Below are positions 24,331-37,546 of a DNA stretch of 64,000 nt, piece by piece. How positions within the stretch are numbered: the stretch's first letter is position 1; the number at the start of each line of letters is the position of its first letter. The stretch comes from Octopus bimaculoides. Taxonomy: Eukaryota. The stretch spans positions 53,970,650 to 54,034,649 of the forward strand of contig NC_068981.1 of NCBI RefSeq assembly GCF_001194135.2, in the 5' to 3' direction. The notes under the pieces were generated by a model. It had not been told where the DNA came from and did no database searches. It saw only the letters and a program-made list of their open reading frames with translations. The translations under genes were made by a program, and so were the position numbers.

Positions 24331-25159
24331 CCTATTTAATTCTGAACGAATGAAGCCCTCTTTTGTTTATTATATGCACATCTAATAGAATAAATTGCTG
24401 ATGCATATTCCTGCAATGAATGGGCACAACGGAGAAGCGAAAACGGGTCGAAGACTCGTTGAATAGTTTATCATCTATTCAACAGTACTCATCTTATGTA
24501 GAATAAAGAAAGGAATTTGTAAATTTTCGGGAGGATGGGAGAAAAGAACTGGTACTAAGAAAGTTAGACAAATAGACATGTATGCATGTATGTATATATA
24601 CTTTATGAAGTAAATATATTTGTTTATTAATAATTAACTTACATGTGTTAGAAATCCTGGGATTTTGTTATATTTTGAAATTATAATTCCAGTAAGATGG
24701 AATAGCTTCTTTAGGACGTAAAGTATATTTATGCTATTATATCAATTATTATGGTAACTATTATTTTTTAATATATGTATTGTATGCACTGAAGACCTCT
24801 CCTATTCCTGAACATTTTAGTTTGACATTTCTCCTACTCTTGTAGATTGCTTTGCAAACAACTTGATTAATTATGGTTAAACATCCGTAAGAAAACGCTT
24901 AATTAAAAATGTATTATTGTTTTTATATGTCAGAACTTTTGAGATGTTTTATTGTGAAGATAATTAAATCAACAACATTGACCGTAACAGCAGGTTACAT
25001 ATCCCAAATGAAACGCTTTAAAACGCTCCAAGTCATCATAATAGAGCAATTCAGTTGCACACAAGTATACAATAATACAGATAACATAACTGACATAATT
25101 GCATGCCAACTACTGTTAAATCATCAACAAGTTATAATACACGTGCGCGCGAAAAGACC

Positions 25160-25320
25160 AGCAAATGCTTGAGCATTTTCAGCAAGCCAAACTTCGGCAG
25201 ATCCTCAACATCAAATGGCAGGACCGACGCATCAACAAGGAAGTCCTCAATCGCTCAGAAATTCCAAACGTTGCAGCTGCCATTCCCGACTTAGCCTTCT
25301 GAGCCATGTCAGGTTAAGCA
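25160..25320 (+). mobile_element. RTE/BovB-like LINE fragment
   Basis: LEHFQQAKLRQILNIKWQDRRINKEVLNRSEIP motif. Confidence 0.75.
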
Positions 25321-26938
25321 TCATAAAGGCACTGGATAAACCAAACTCGAACACGAGTGACACCGACGATTAATATTATGATGATTTAGAAACCTAACGA
25401 AAGACCTACTGAAGCAGCATTATACAGATTCATCATCCTTTTTAATGTGTCCCCTAAAATCTGAGAAAAATCTATATTTGAAATTATCAAATTGCCCTCT
25501 CCAGCTAAAGCATAGATTCAAACTATGGCACCCAACAAGTACACTTTGATCTATACATTTCGATAAATTCATCCTTCAGTCATTTCAGTAACCTAATTCC
25601 CGTTCATGAACTTAGGGAAAATCCATGTCTATACAACAGTTTACTGTCATTAAGTGCATTGAAATCTCGTTTGACTAATCGGAGACAGATTTGAAACACC
25701 TCAAATAATATATGGCTACTCATTAACGACATATTTAACTAAACGTACACAACAGTCACATTTAACTAATACAATATCAACTATGTATTGCAAAATGTTG
25801 TGTTTAATCACATCAATTTGTTAAAAGATAAAAGACAAAGACAATATACATACACGCAATTAAAGTTTTTAATCCTGTTGATTAAAAAACAAAAGCAGAA
25901 CCCCCCCCCCCCCAACTGAAGTGGTGACCGTAAAATATATAATTTCAGAACAATTAAAAAGTGTTTAATGCAAGCAATAAGATAAAAAAATCACAGTTTG
26001 AGATTTTTATCACGACCACCTAATATTTGGGTCAACTATGGACATGAACATTACCAGACTGGATTTTATTCGTGTCATTTACTTTATAAAGAAATCTAGA
26101 GAGTTAAACAAAATTTAGAAGTTTTTATTCTTACTGTAAGCTGTAATTTTGAATATGAGAATAGAAAATGAAGCATAGAAGAAAATAGTGCATCATTCAT
26201 TGTTGATTCTGAAATTGTTTTTATTGCATGTAGACAGAATTTTCTTTCATGTGATAACTCCTCCCACGCTCATACATATGTATTAGTATCCAGAGAGAAA
26301 ACAAAAACTGAAAAAGTTACCCATAATTCTTGCATCTACATTTATTATGCAAGAGACTATGCAATTTAATGTAATTATTAGAATATGAATGAATGTCTCG
26401 TTGGGGATACATAAAATGCAATTAATCTTGCTCTTTTGAATAAAACTATTGCATTGAAGAATGCAGTTGTTTTTTTTTTCTGTGGAAACTAGTAAGATAA
26501 TAAATAGTAAGATAATAAAAACTAATTCGCACATACTGCGTCAGTTTTAAAACACAAGTGAATCTTTTCTTTAATGACCAAAATAAATACATAAATAAAA
26601 CAAATAAATAAACAAAACTAGAAACATAGTGCTAACTAGAAACTTCTCTCGTTCAAGATATTAGTAAAAGCTGAAGTATGCAGCTCAGTGCTTGGCAAAA
26701 GTTATTCATCAAACCTTTACAAAATAGAATAAAAGAACTTCTAATACTCGAGATTGTAGAATATGAAGAATATCTCTACATGCATACATACACTGATTTT
26801 ATATTATATATCAGTGTGTGTANNNNNNNNNNNNNNNNNNNNNNNNNNNNNNNNNNNNNNNNNNNNNNNNNNNNNNNNNNNNNNNNNNNNNNNNNNNNNN
26901 NNNNNNNNNNNNNNNNNNNNNNNNNNNNNNNNNNNNNN

Positions 26939-26973
<35 letters not shown>

Positions 26974-26993
26974 TTTATCTATCTATCTATCAT

Positions 26994-27025
<32 letters not shown>

Positions 27026-27964
27026 GATAGATAGATAGATAGCTAGCTAGCTAAGAAGTTATAATTCAAACGAAAGAAGCGAAAAAGAAAAAAAGGTTAA
27101 GAAGAGAGACACGTGATACAAGTGCGTGAAAGATGTTGATTATGAAGGATGACAAACTGGGACTATAGTAAAACATTAACATTTGCTTGAATAACCAGTT
27201 TTATCATATCCCTCGTTACATCGACAATATCTAACGATGAAAATCAACAACCATCACTATCATGATAGCAATTCCAATAGCAACAAACATGTCTTCATAA
27301 AAAGAGATATATGTAGCTTAACATTTCACCTTACCATTGCATCTAAAGAGATGTCAATAAATCAGAAAATATGAGCAAAGAGGAAAAAAAGAACACATCT
27401 GTATATGTACTTGTATATTTATATCTAGTGAATATGTTGAAGATATGTTCATATGAATGTATGTGTGCATTTGTGTTTTTTTTTTTTTTTTTGGAAGATA
27501 GCTAGGGTTATGGGTATAGGTCTATTACAAATTATAAATATACGTGGCTGAATCTACATGTCAAGTCAAAATGATTAAATGCGTACACCCACGACCTATC
27601 CCATGAGATTAATGAGTTACGAATATCTTATACTATAAATACTAGCCTTGAGTTCCATCTGGTATAAATTCATCAGGGCGGACTGTTTGTCATAGTTCCA
27701 GACACAATCAAATCACATACCTTCTCACGTACATACATACACACGCACACACCTACATACATATATGTATACATACATATACATGCACACGCGCAACCGT
27801 TTGTATGTTTGTCTGTGTGTGCAACTGACTGGTCAAGTACAAAAAAGTATTCTTTTATTCCTTTATCGGTTTCAATAATTAGACTACAGGCTATGATAGG
27901 CTACCGCTTTTCAAAGCTTTTAGTCAATCACACCGAATCTAAAGAAAAAGAATGTCTTTGCCAG

Positions 27965-27999
<35 letters not shown>

Positions 28000-28134
28000 A
28001 AAGAAAAAAGTCATTGCAAAAAAGAAAGAATAAGTCTCTCTGGAAAATTCCGATAAATGTCTGATTTAATGTTTTTTTGTTTGGTTTTATTGCTTATATA
28101 AGATATTGAATAAAATGTTTCTTTTCTTCACGTA

Positions 28135-28387
28135 TCTTTTACTTGTTTCAGTCATTAGATAGCATCCATGCTGGGGCACCGCCTTGAAGGGCTTAGTCGA
28201 ACAAATCGACATTAGTTCTTATTATTTTAAAAAAGCTAATAATTATTCTATCGGTTTCTTTTGCCGAACCGCTATATCAAACCTACACCGGTTATTAAGC
28301 GGCAGTGGAGAACAAACACAACACAAACACACACTAACACATACATAAACACGTTTACAAGCATACGTACATGCATACATGCGCACG

Positions 28388-28423
<36 letters not shown>

Positions 28424-28430
28424 TTGCATG
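28135..28430 (-). mobile_element. SINE family B 3' half plus CA-rich tract
   Basis: CATGCTGGGGCACCGCCTTGAAGG...CTATCGGTTTCTTTTGCCGAACCGC. Confidence 0.8.
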
Positions 28431-28816
28431 TAACGTATATTGCTGCTAGAATCGGAATTGTGAGGCGCTTGTGTACACTAGCCAACTGTATATTGGATAC
28501 TAACAAACTAAATGACCATGATCTACGGGATCCCAATAAACTGTCATATATAGAGTCCAGAGTTGGGCAACTATATTCAATCGATCTCTACATATCGCCT
28601 GGCTGATTGCAGTAGCTGTTTTCTCATCAAAATGTGTCAGTTTTAAAATCGCATGTTAGCCCTTCTTGTGTGGGGCCTTTTTTAGGTGCTCGACTAATGT
28701 CCTGGCATTTCGCAAAAGAGTCTGGATAGTTATTTTCCCTGAGGACTTTTCGGAATTGCACGGCGCTGATTTTTTTGTTCCCTGCCTCGCTGTATTTTCT
28801 CCGTAGTAAATGCGAT

Positions 28817-28853
<37 letters not shown>

Positions 28854-28855
<2 letters not shown>

Positions 28856-29013
28856 CAAAATAAGCAACAAGGATATCCAAAGTTAATGCAGTACGATCGT
28901 TTCATGCTACTCCTTTTTATATTTGATGTAATGTTCACATTGCTTAAATAAATGGAGTCGCATGAAACGATCGTATTGCATTAACTTTGGATATCCTTGT
29001 TGCTTATTTTGAT
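28854..29013. repeat. 160-bp foldback: 60-bp inverted arms with 2 mismatches and a 40-nt loop
   Basis: ATCAAAATAAGCAACAAGGATATCCAAAGTTAATGCAGTACGATCGTTTCATGCTACTCC (28854-28913) pairs with 28954-29013. Confidence 0.9.
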
Positions 29014-29097
29014 TTTAATCACCTTATTTTAGAATTATATGGATAATACCATACTTAATTCTGGTGCCTAAACTTAAGTGCCATATTCACCTTGAAG

Positions 29098-29162
<65 letters not shown>

Positions 29163-29324
29163 TCCACCTCTCTACAATACTGGATGAACTATCAGCCTGA
29201 CAGGAGGTACAGACGAGGGCAGCGCAATCAAACTCCATTATGCACCAAATGTACTAACAGCTGGGACAAGGGCACATGCAGGAGTGGTGATGTGAAACAC
29301 CCAGTCTGAGGAAGTCAGAAATAC

Positions 29325-29520
29325 CATGGTGGTGCTCCAGCATGACCACGACCGCATGGCTGAAACGAGTAAAAGTGTAAAAAAGTAAAACATGTATGTA
29401 ATCACGGGTTTCTACAAAGTTCCTGTCTACCAAATTTCACTAACAGGCATTGGTGAACTTGAGGCTATGGTATCACACTTGGAACTTAAAAGTCAACTTC
29501 TTAAACATACGTACGTATCT
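29325..29520. mobile_element. SINE B fragments (a + tail and a - head)
   Basis: GGTGGTGCTCCAGCATGACC and TTCCTGTCTACCAAATTTCACT...GGCTATGGTA. Confidence 0.6.
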
Positions 29521-29709
29521 GTTCTTTGTCGCTAAGTTTTTGTGGTTTGTTGCATTGTTAAATTAGAATAATTAGGCATACTACAGCACATATTTCGGAC
29601 TAATTGTGGGGAGATGAATTTCGATCAGATACTGATTAGACTCTCCAATCCCTTTTGTGTGATACATAAAATCAATAATAATAATAATAATAATGATGAT
29701 GATGATGAT

Positions 29710-30110
29710 TTTAAATTTTGCCACAAGGGCAGACATTTTGGGGGAAGGGATGTGTCTATTACCTCGATCCTAGTGTTCAACTTATACTTAATTTATCGAC
29801 CCTAAAAGGCAAAATCGACCTCGGCGGAATTTGAACTCAGAACGCAGTGACAGGCGAAATACCTAAGCATTTCGTTCGCGCGTTAACGATTCTACCAGCT
29901 CACCGCCTTCATGATAATAATAATAATAATTACTGACTTTGGTACTAGGCCAACAATTTTGAGGGGAAATTAGTAAAAACCATAATTTTAGTAAATACTA
30001 CAGGAGTAAAAACCACAGGTGACACCAGCAGTATTTGAACTGAGAACGTGAAGAAATATTGTAAAGTATTTTCCCGGTTCTCTTCCGATTCTGCCGGTTT
30101 CCCCCGAAGT
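29710..30110 (-). mobile_element. Two tandem SINE family A copies within AAT/GAT repeats
   Basis: GGCAAAATCGACCTCGGCGGAATTTGAACTCAGAACG core plus a more diverged second copy. Confidence 0.8.
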
Positions 30111-30659
30111 TTATTTAATACATACGATCAAATTTATTTATGTCAAATATAATTTTCCCATAGGAGGAGAGCAGCTATTCAAATTCCCTCATCATAAATG
30201 CGCTATCTTTGATAAAACTGTTTCTCATTCAATAGTCTTCATTTCTTGTTGTTTTCAGACGGTTCTGAGTTCAAGCTCCATATAGATTAATAAATTTTAC
30301 CTTTCTCGAGCAAACAAAGAACTTGCATGCCAGGCATAGGACACAGTTAGCCTGGGGACAAAATTTCTCCTGCATTAAAATTTGAAGCCGCCCACTGACA
30401 AAGTTTACATTTAAGCCTTAATCCAAAACAGTAATTTAATATAAATTACTTTCAACATTCTATAAAGCCTTATACGTATCTGTCTAATTATAACATTTTA
30501 ATTAAAGTTGCTTAGTGTGATTACGTGCATACCTATGAATTAATAAAATTAAAGGTTCATGATTTATTCTCAGCACGGATATGCACTCTCACACATTCTT
30601 ATGCATTTGCAATTCGCCCCAAGGTACTAAAAAAGTTTTCCCCTTTCTGCTGTGCAGTA

Positions 30660-30820
30660 GAAGGCGGCCGATTGACAGAGTCGTCGTTAGAGCAGCAGAA
30701 AAAGATTGTTTTGCAATAATTGTGTTGACTTTCTATGTTGTGAATTCAAATCTTGCCGATGCTCAACTTTGCTTTTCATCCTTTTGCGGCTGCTAAATAA
30801 AGTACCGGTCCCATACGGGG
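30660..30820 (+). mobile_element. Diverged SINE family A
   Basis: GAATTCAAATCTTGCCGATGCTCAACTTTGCTTTTCATCC. Confidence 0.6.
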
Positions 30821-31214
30821 GTCGGTTCTTCTCTTTCTCTCACTCTTTCTTTTTGTATGTCTAGCTTTTTCACTTCTGGAAGAAATCGAATGTGTTCAGT
30901 CCTGAAGTGGAATAGATTCACTCAGATCTAAAAGTGCCTCAGACTAACTATCATCTCAGCGCTCGTACAACTATACCAAGAGGTTGAGCGCCTAGGGAAA
31001 GGCTATGTAGAAGCATCTACAGCTAGAAATAACAGTAAAAATTTCTCAAAACTCAAACAGTGATGTACTAAATCAAATCACTTCACATAGCTCATTTTGA
31101 AAACTGTAGTAACAATGAAATAACAAAGAAGTAACAATGTATTATCTCGATCACAATCTTGAATTACAGCCTATAGAAAAATAAAACTGGTAATTTTTAT
31201 ATTCCACGATAACG

Positions 31215-31645
31215 GTTTAAACTTTTGGCACGTGGCCAGTAATTTTAGGGGAGGGAACAAATGTCGACCCAAATGTTCAACTGTTACTTTTTTCACCTAT
31301 CTCGAAAGGATGAACGGCAAAGTCAACCTTGGCTGAATTTAAATTCAGACTGTAAAGAGCCGGAAGAAATGTTACTAAGCATTTTGCCCGACGCGCTAAC
31401 GATTCTTCCAGCTCGCCGTTTTTCGATATTCGATGATCATCCTTTTTACTATAGGCACAATGCCAGAAAAATCTGAGTGAGGAAGCCATTACATCGATCC
31501 TAGAGCTCAAGAAGTACTTTTTCCGTCTACACCGAAACGATGAAAGGCAAAGTCGACTCCGATGGAATTTGAACTCAGAACGTAAAGATGAACGAAATGC
31601 TGCTGAGCATTTTGCCCAGCAGTTAACGATTCTTCCCGCTCGCCG
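31215..31645 (-). mobile_element. Two tandem SINE family A copies
   Basis: Both have GATGAA.GGCAAAGTC.AC...AATTT.AA.TCAGA and end GCTCGCCG. Confidence 0.85.
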
Positions 31646-32554
31646 CTTTTCTATATTCGATAATAATGTGGTCTAGAGTATAAGATCTTTACTCCCTCTT
31701 CCGTAAGTCAATATATACAGTGCATCCGCAGCTATATTATCTAATATATCCTTCATTTTGTTTCTCAAGACAGTAGAATGTGATTGTAGAGATTTGTTTG
31801 TTCATTCCTTATCGGCGGAGTAAATATATAGAGACCCGTCTTACTGGCTCCAGATCATAACATTAGAATAGCTGTCATAGTCAGAGATTAGCCAGTAACT
31901 ACATTACTAAGAATTGGGGAAAATAGACAAAATAAAGGTATGTTAGATTGAGAAAATTATTGAGAAAACTGAGCTTTTAAAATGTTTCTTTATGAGGTAA
32001 CGAATTGCGAGATTGAAGGAAATTCAATATTTGCTTTCAACTGACATTTTTTTTTCTTGCGGTCATATAAAGTCAAATTTATGACATTAGTTACTACTCT
32101 CTGGCACATTTTAGAAATTAATCTTACTTCAGGGATTCATTCATTCTTGACTGAGAAATTTCAGCATTCCAAATCACTGTTTTATGACATTAATCAAATC
32201 TTTAGTTGATTCAGCGCTTTATTATAGTCGTTACTCGCTTTATTACACCGCCCCCTGATTGCAGGAAAGTAGGACAGGTTTTTTCATGGTTTGATCAAGA
32301 AGAAAGGACAGTACACGTTACGTTTGCAGCTATTCTGAGTTTGGTCAGATCATTGATACAGTTGTTCTTCAGCTAGGATATTTGTAAGACGACGTTTTCA
32401 GGTAAAACGTAAGCACAATGGAGAAAAAGAAAGATTCTAAGTGGTCGAAGCGTTGAGGAGAAAGGATTGAATGCACTGGTCATTCGGGGCCTATTATGTG
32501 ACACAGAAGTGACGAGCGTAAGAGAGATGGGTGTACCTATGGGCCTTGCTGAAG

Positions 32555-32710
32555 ATGATATGCAACTAGGTGTTTCCAAGGAGCAGAAAACATTATGGTA
32601 GTGTTTCATCGTATTCATCGACTTTACAAAGGCGTACTAAGAGAAAGCTTATGGACCATGCACAAAAGATATGGGTGTCTGAACAAATTTGTATTGATGA
32701 TTTTCCTTGG
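32555..32710 (+). mobile_element. RTE-clade reverse transcriptase fragment
   Basis: KEQKTLW*CFIVFIDFTKAY...LWTMHKRYGC..KF resembles the RT motif FIDLTKAFD...LW..L..YGCP.KF. Confidence 0.7.
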
Positions 32711-35700
32711 TGCCCCAGCATATCTGCAGTCCAGTGACTGACATCAGTGAAAGATAAAGTTATGTCATTCTTATATTACTGATTATACTACATTCTTTAA
32801 TATTTTAAAATTACGGTAAAAGTAAGGGATTATCTTTGGCGTATTTTGTTGTACTATAATGATATAAACGTAGTAGTAATTCAGGAAGTCTACAACAGAG
32901 TGATAATAGAATATCCAAGTAGAGTCAACGAAAAGAGAAACAGTGCAAGGGGAAAAAATGAACAAAGCAAGACCAACGAAGTATAGTACAAAGTTAATAT
33001 AATTAATATGTGAGAAAGAGAACGCGGAAAAACGAACGTTTCGAACGGTGGTTCTTTAACAAGAAAAGAGGATGGAGAAGGGTGGGGGAATAGGGGAATA
33101 GAATCCAAGGTGAAACAAAGAATGTTGATGTCGATAAGGTAACATGTTCAATGTCAGAACGGATATGAGTAGAATGGTGGTTTACGGCAAGAAGACCGAG
33201 ATAAGAGAGAGAAACGAGATAAGCGTGGGAAGGTGTAATGATGTATGATTGAGTAGATTATGTGTGTATTTGCGCGCGCATGCGTGTGTGGGCATGTAAA
33301 AGTGAGAAGTCAAGAATGCAAGTAGGTTGTGTGCGTGTGTGAATGAACGTGTGAGTGTATGTGTGTGTTTGTGTACTTGTGTGTGTGGGGGGGGATGTAC
33401 GTAGTGGTGGTGTGAAGAGAGCTAAAACGAGTGTGAAAGAAAGTAGCTTGTGTGTGTGTATGTGCGTGTGTGCTGGGCAATAAATGCAGATTTTCTATGC
33501 TACCATGTCGGTTATATGAACAATGAACAATAGTGTGGGTATGTAATACATTGGTAATGCAATGTATGAGCGTGTATGCGGTGACAGGTGTGGTGAATGC
33601 ATGTGAGGTTGTTTACATATGTGGAGGCATCTCTTGAGACGGTAGTTTTTAGGAAGAAAGCAATTCGATTAATAATCCTAGCTTGGTTAGCTGTATTTAA
33701 CTGGAAAATTAATTGTTGTTTGGCAAGATTTTGTAAGTTATAAATATACTTTATTTAAACTATTTAAAGAATCAAAGCAAGTAGAGGAATTTTAGTATTG
33801 GTTGGTGCCGTACTAGTGGCATGTGAATATGATTTCGTACTTCTTTTATCGTGTTTCTTTTATTTATATCATTTTATCTTAGTTTCTTTTAGTCAAGAAA
33901 TACTTGTAAGCTATCTTTGATGTCGGCTGACGAAAGCGTGTGATACCATGTTTTAGTATAAGTCCTCCCAAGCTACTGAAAGTTATTTCATGGTATGTAT
34001 AGTTATCATTTCTAATTTACAAAATTCAAAAATATTTCTACTCTTTCATCGTTTGGTTAGAGATCAGCCTTGCAGTTCTGGTGAAGATATATTCTTATTC
34101 GGTGTACTTCAAAGATTATTTTCCTCCTCAAACTTCGTAGTAATCGCTACATATTTTATCTATTCTTGGTGTTTTTTTGATGATTTTTCAATGGCAGAGG
34201 CCACACTAGCAGTCTTCTGTATTAATTTTATAGATGTGCAGAAATGTAAAAGGAAAATATAAGTCTCATTAGTTGATAGACCCATATGTCAACACATTTG
34301 ATCCACACGACGCCATATGTATGTAAATCTGTATGTGTATCTAACTGGTTGGATGAATCTTCGGATGTATGGCTGAATGAGTGAAATGGATAGATATGTA
34401 TATGAGGGACAGAAAAACAGATGGATGAGTTATCAAATGCTTCTGTTCAGAAAGGTGAAACGCTGTTAATTTAGGCTCTCTAAGTATTTATTGTGAAAGA
34501 TAAGTTATGCCACAGATCAGTGAACATACAAATTATTAGAATAGTCACGCATATAAAAACACCATTTACATAGACATATCGTTAGAATGAGAGACGCTTA
34601 GAAAGAGAGTGGAAATTATATCGTCATGTAGAGCAAGACAATTTGATTAATTTTTCTGAATGTCATGTATAATTTTGTGTCTTGTATTTAACGGGGGGGG
34701 GGGGGATATTCTGTTACTTATTTCTTAATTCGTGTTTTGTTGCTCCACCTGCTACAATTCCTTACAAATTGGAATATTTGGGATGTTTTCTCTTAAGTGA
34801 TATAACAAACCTTACAATCATCGTAAGACTGAAGACAACTCTGAAATAGCTGATTGTACTGACGCGAAGCGCATTGTAGTTTTGCTATTATGAAAGTAAT
34901 TTTTCTTTTTCATTCCAATCCTCGGTAGAATAAATCAGTTATACTACTCAGTAGTGCTTGAAAACTAATAACTTTTTATATTTATATTGATATTGCTCTT
35001 TGTTATTTGTTTGAGAGGAAGGGACATTGCCCAAATATTTTCTAACACGCTAAGACTGGTGAGGCCAAGTTTTAAAAGTTGATGCTTTTAGGAAAAACCT
35101 AGGCATGGCGGGGTTTCCAAAGCGCTTTGTTTCTTCATTAAAAAAAAGGGGGGCTTCAAATTAATTTAACACCTGCTTTAGAGAAAGAATGGTCAGATAA
35201 TTTTTTCATTGGTATAATCTAGAATGTCGGCATGTGCAAAGAGGGAACATTAGTTTTCGAGGGTCTCACTTGCATCATTTGAAAACCAGCAACTATTCAG
35301 CTATCCAATGCTGAAGTATTTCCTTTATCTAAAAAGGGCGCCTAAACTTTGAAATGAACACTTTCAACTTTATTATATGTCTAGGATTGCATTATTTAAT
35401 GTCTCATTTACTTTTCTAAGACGCGATAAAATCTAATTTGAGGGAAATTTGTCTGCTATTTCTAGCATATCAAGCGATCAGCTAAATGCTCTTTCGTTGG
35501 ATGGAGTGGGTAAGATTTCTTGATATGCGTAGTGAAAGAACCAAACCTTCATATCGATCGAAGGATGCTTTCTGTATCACAATACAAAGAAATAATATAG
35601 TTGCCTGATCCGATCCAAATGTTGCGTTGTGTATTCTGGAATACACTCGTTTGCAAAAGATTATCGGGGAGTGAAGTGTTGTATCATTATGTAGAGAATT

Positions 35701-36239
35701 ATGTTTGGTTACAAGTACAGTAATAAGGCCTTTAATGTAAAAAAAAATAAAGAAGAGTATAAGACACCGAAGTTGAAATGATTAGATTAGAGAGAATACC
35801 ATGGACACACGCTGTGATAAAGTAGCATAACTGGAAATTCTCTATCAAAAGAAATATGAAATTTTCTCGCCTATGGGGAAACCATAGGCGAGCAACTTTA
35901 CTTGGACGTTGTCGTCTCAGAAATAGTCAAATACTGTTACAGTTGTTGATATCAGTCAAGTGCAACCGTATTATATTTGTTGAGTTCTCAAATTTGAAAG
36001 ATCACTGGTGCATGTCGAAGGAATGCAAAGTTCGAGTAAATCCGAATCTAGAGAAACGGTGCTGGTGGTCCTCGAGTAAAGAAAATAGAGTAAAGTGATA
36101 AAAGTAGATATCATTTACAACTGTTTCCATCAGCATTCAGACTCTGAAAATATATATATATATATATATATTACGAAGATCTGAGTGGTTTACTTTACTT
36201 GGAGATGGGACTCACTCTTGTATGTGTTCCTATAATTAA

Positions 36240-36700
36240 TTTGGGTCAGATAACGTAGATAGAGAAAAGTTGAGGAGGATAAAGACCAACCTAGGAATAT
36301 TTTACTTGTAGCTAATAGTAGAAATGCTTTTAGGGCTAGTCACCTTGTTGAAGTGCCAGGACTTTAGAGAAGGGAGGTATAACTATTTGAGTTATGCCAC
36401 AGGCAAAGTAGGCCCAAACAGGTCCGGAACTGACAAGGTAAAGAGAGAGAACTAAATATGACACAACTTGGTTCCAATTTAAATTCAAATTATCTATAAA
36501 AATGTATAAATCGACGTGACCGAAATTATTAGTTTCTGATTTCAGAGCAAACTGAAAACTACTCTGCAAGAAGTGTAACCTGCAATAGTACATATTCAGA
36601 CGGAAACAACATGGGTCAGTAGTAGCCATCTGCTGCAGAGAACAGGAAGCCTGAAGAATGACCACAACAACACACACGTCTTAGGATCTCGTTTTAATCT
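36240..36700 (+). mobile_element. Highly degraded RTE-type APE endonuclease fragment
   Basis: Collinear remnants DREK, KVG, TTWFQ...T*PK, YIFRRKQ. Confidence 0.45.
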
Positions 36701-37487
36701 CACTGTATATAGGATGTCAGATGACCCAATTCAGGGTCACCAACTTCCGGTCCCACAGGAACCAGGCTAAAGTAATAGCAGTGGTAGGAGCCAAGCCCAT
36801 TCTCCATCCACGAACGAAAACGTTACCGAAGATCTAGATGTTGGTTGCTCGGAAGAATTCCCGGTTATTTTTATTTCGAAGAGTGTGAGAAGAATAGAAA
36901 ATCGGATGTTACATTATTTTCCATCTCTTTGAAGTAACCTTGGAGCATTTCTCAAACCGAATTCATGCCAATTTCTCAACTGAAACTTTAGCCTTTTGTC
37001 TGTTGTTTAAAACATATATTTAAATTTCTTTATTAGAGAAATAAATCCGGGATTAAATGTAAAACGCGTTTATATTTATACATTAAGCGGAAATGATTCA
37101 TATTATACATAATCAAAATTCAGCGTGTATATATATATATATATATNNNNNNNNNNNNNNNNNNNNNNNNNNNNNNNNNNNNNNNNNNNNNNNNNNNNNN
37201 NNNNNNNNNNNNNNNNNNNNNNNNNNNNNNNNNNNNNNNNNNNNNNNNNNNNNNNNNNNNNNNNNNNNNNNNNNNNNNNNNNNNNNNNNNNNNNNNNNNN
37301 NNNNNNNNNNNNNNNNNNNNNNNNNNNNNNNNNNNNNNNNNNNNATATACTCTACTAAAAAGTATTGAGTAATCTTTCAGTTTAATGTTAAATTGTTTTT
37401 ATTTATAACTTCACGCAAAAACACGTTCTCTGTCTCCCCACTACACACACACACACAAATACACATACACACACACACACATACACA

Positions 37488-37546
<59 letters not shown>

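Noticed and set aside
33957-33992. 36-nt plus-strand exon candidate (YKSSQATESYFM), plus similar candidates at 1599-1634 (+) and 37931-37998 (-)
   Set aside because: Splice-like sites of this quality are expected by chance in 64 kb of AT-rich DNA, and they do not join into a coherent protein.
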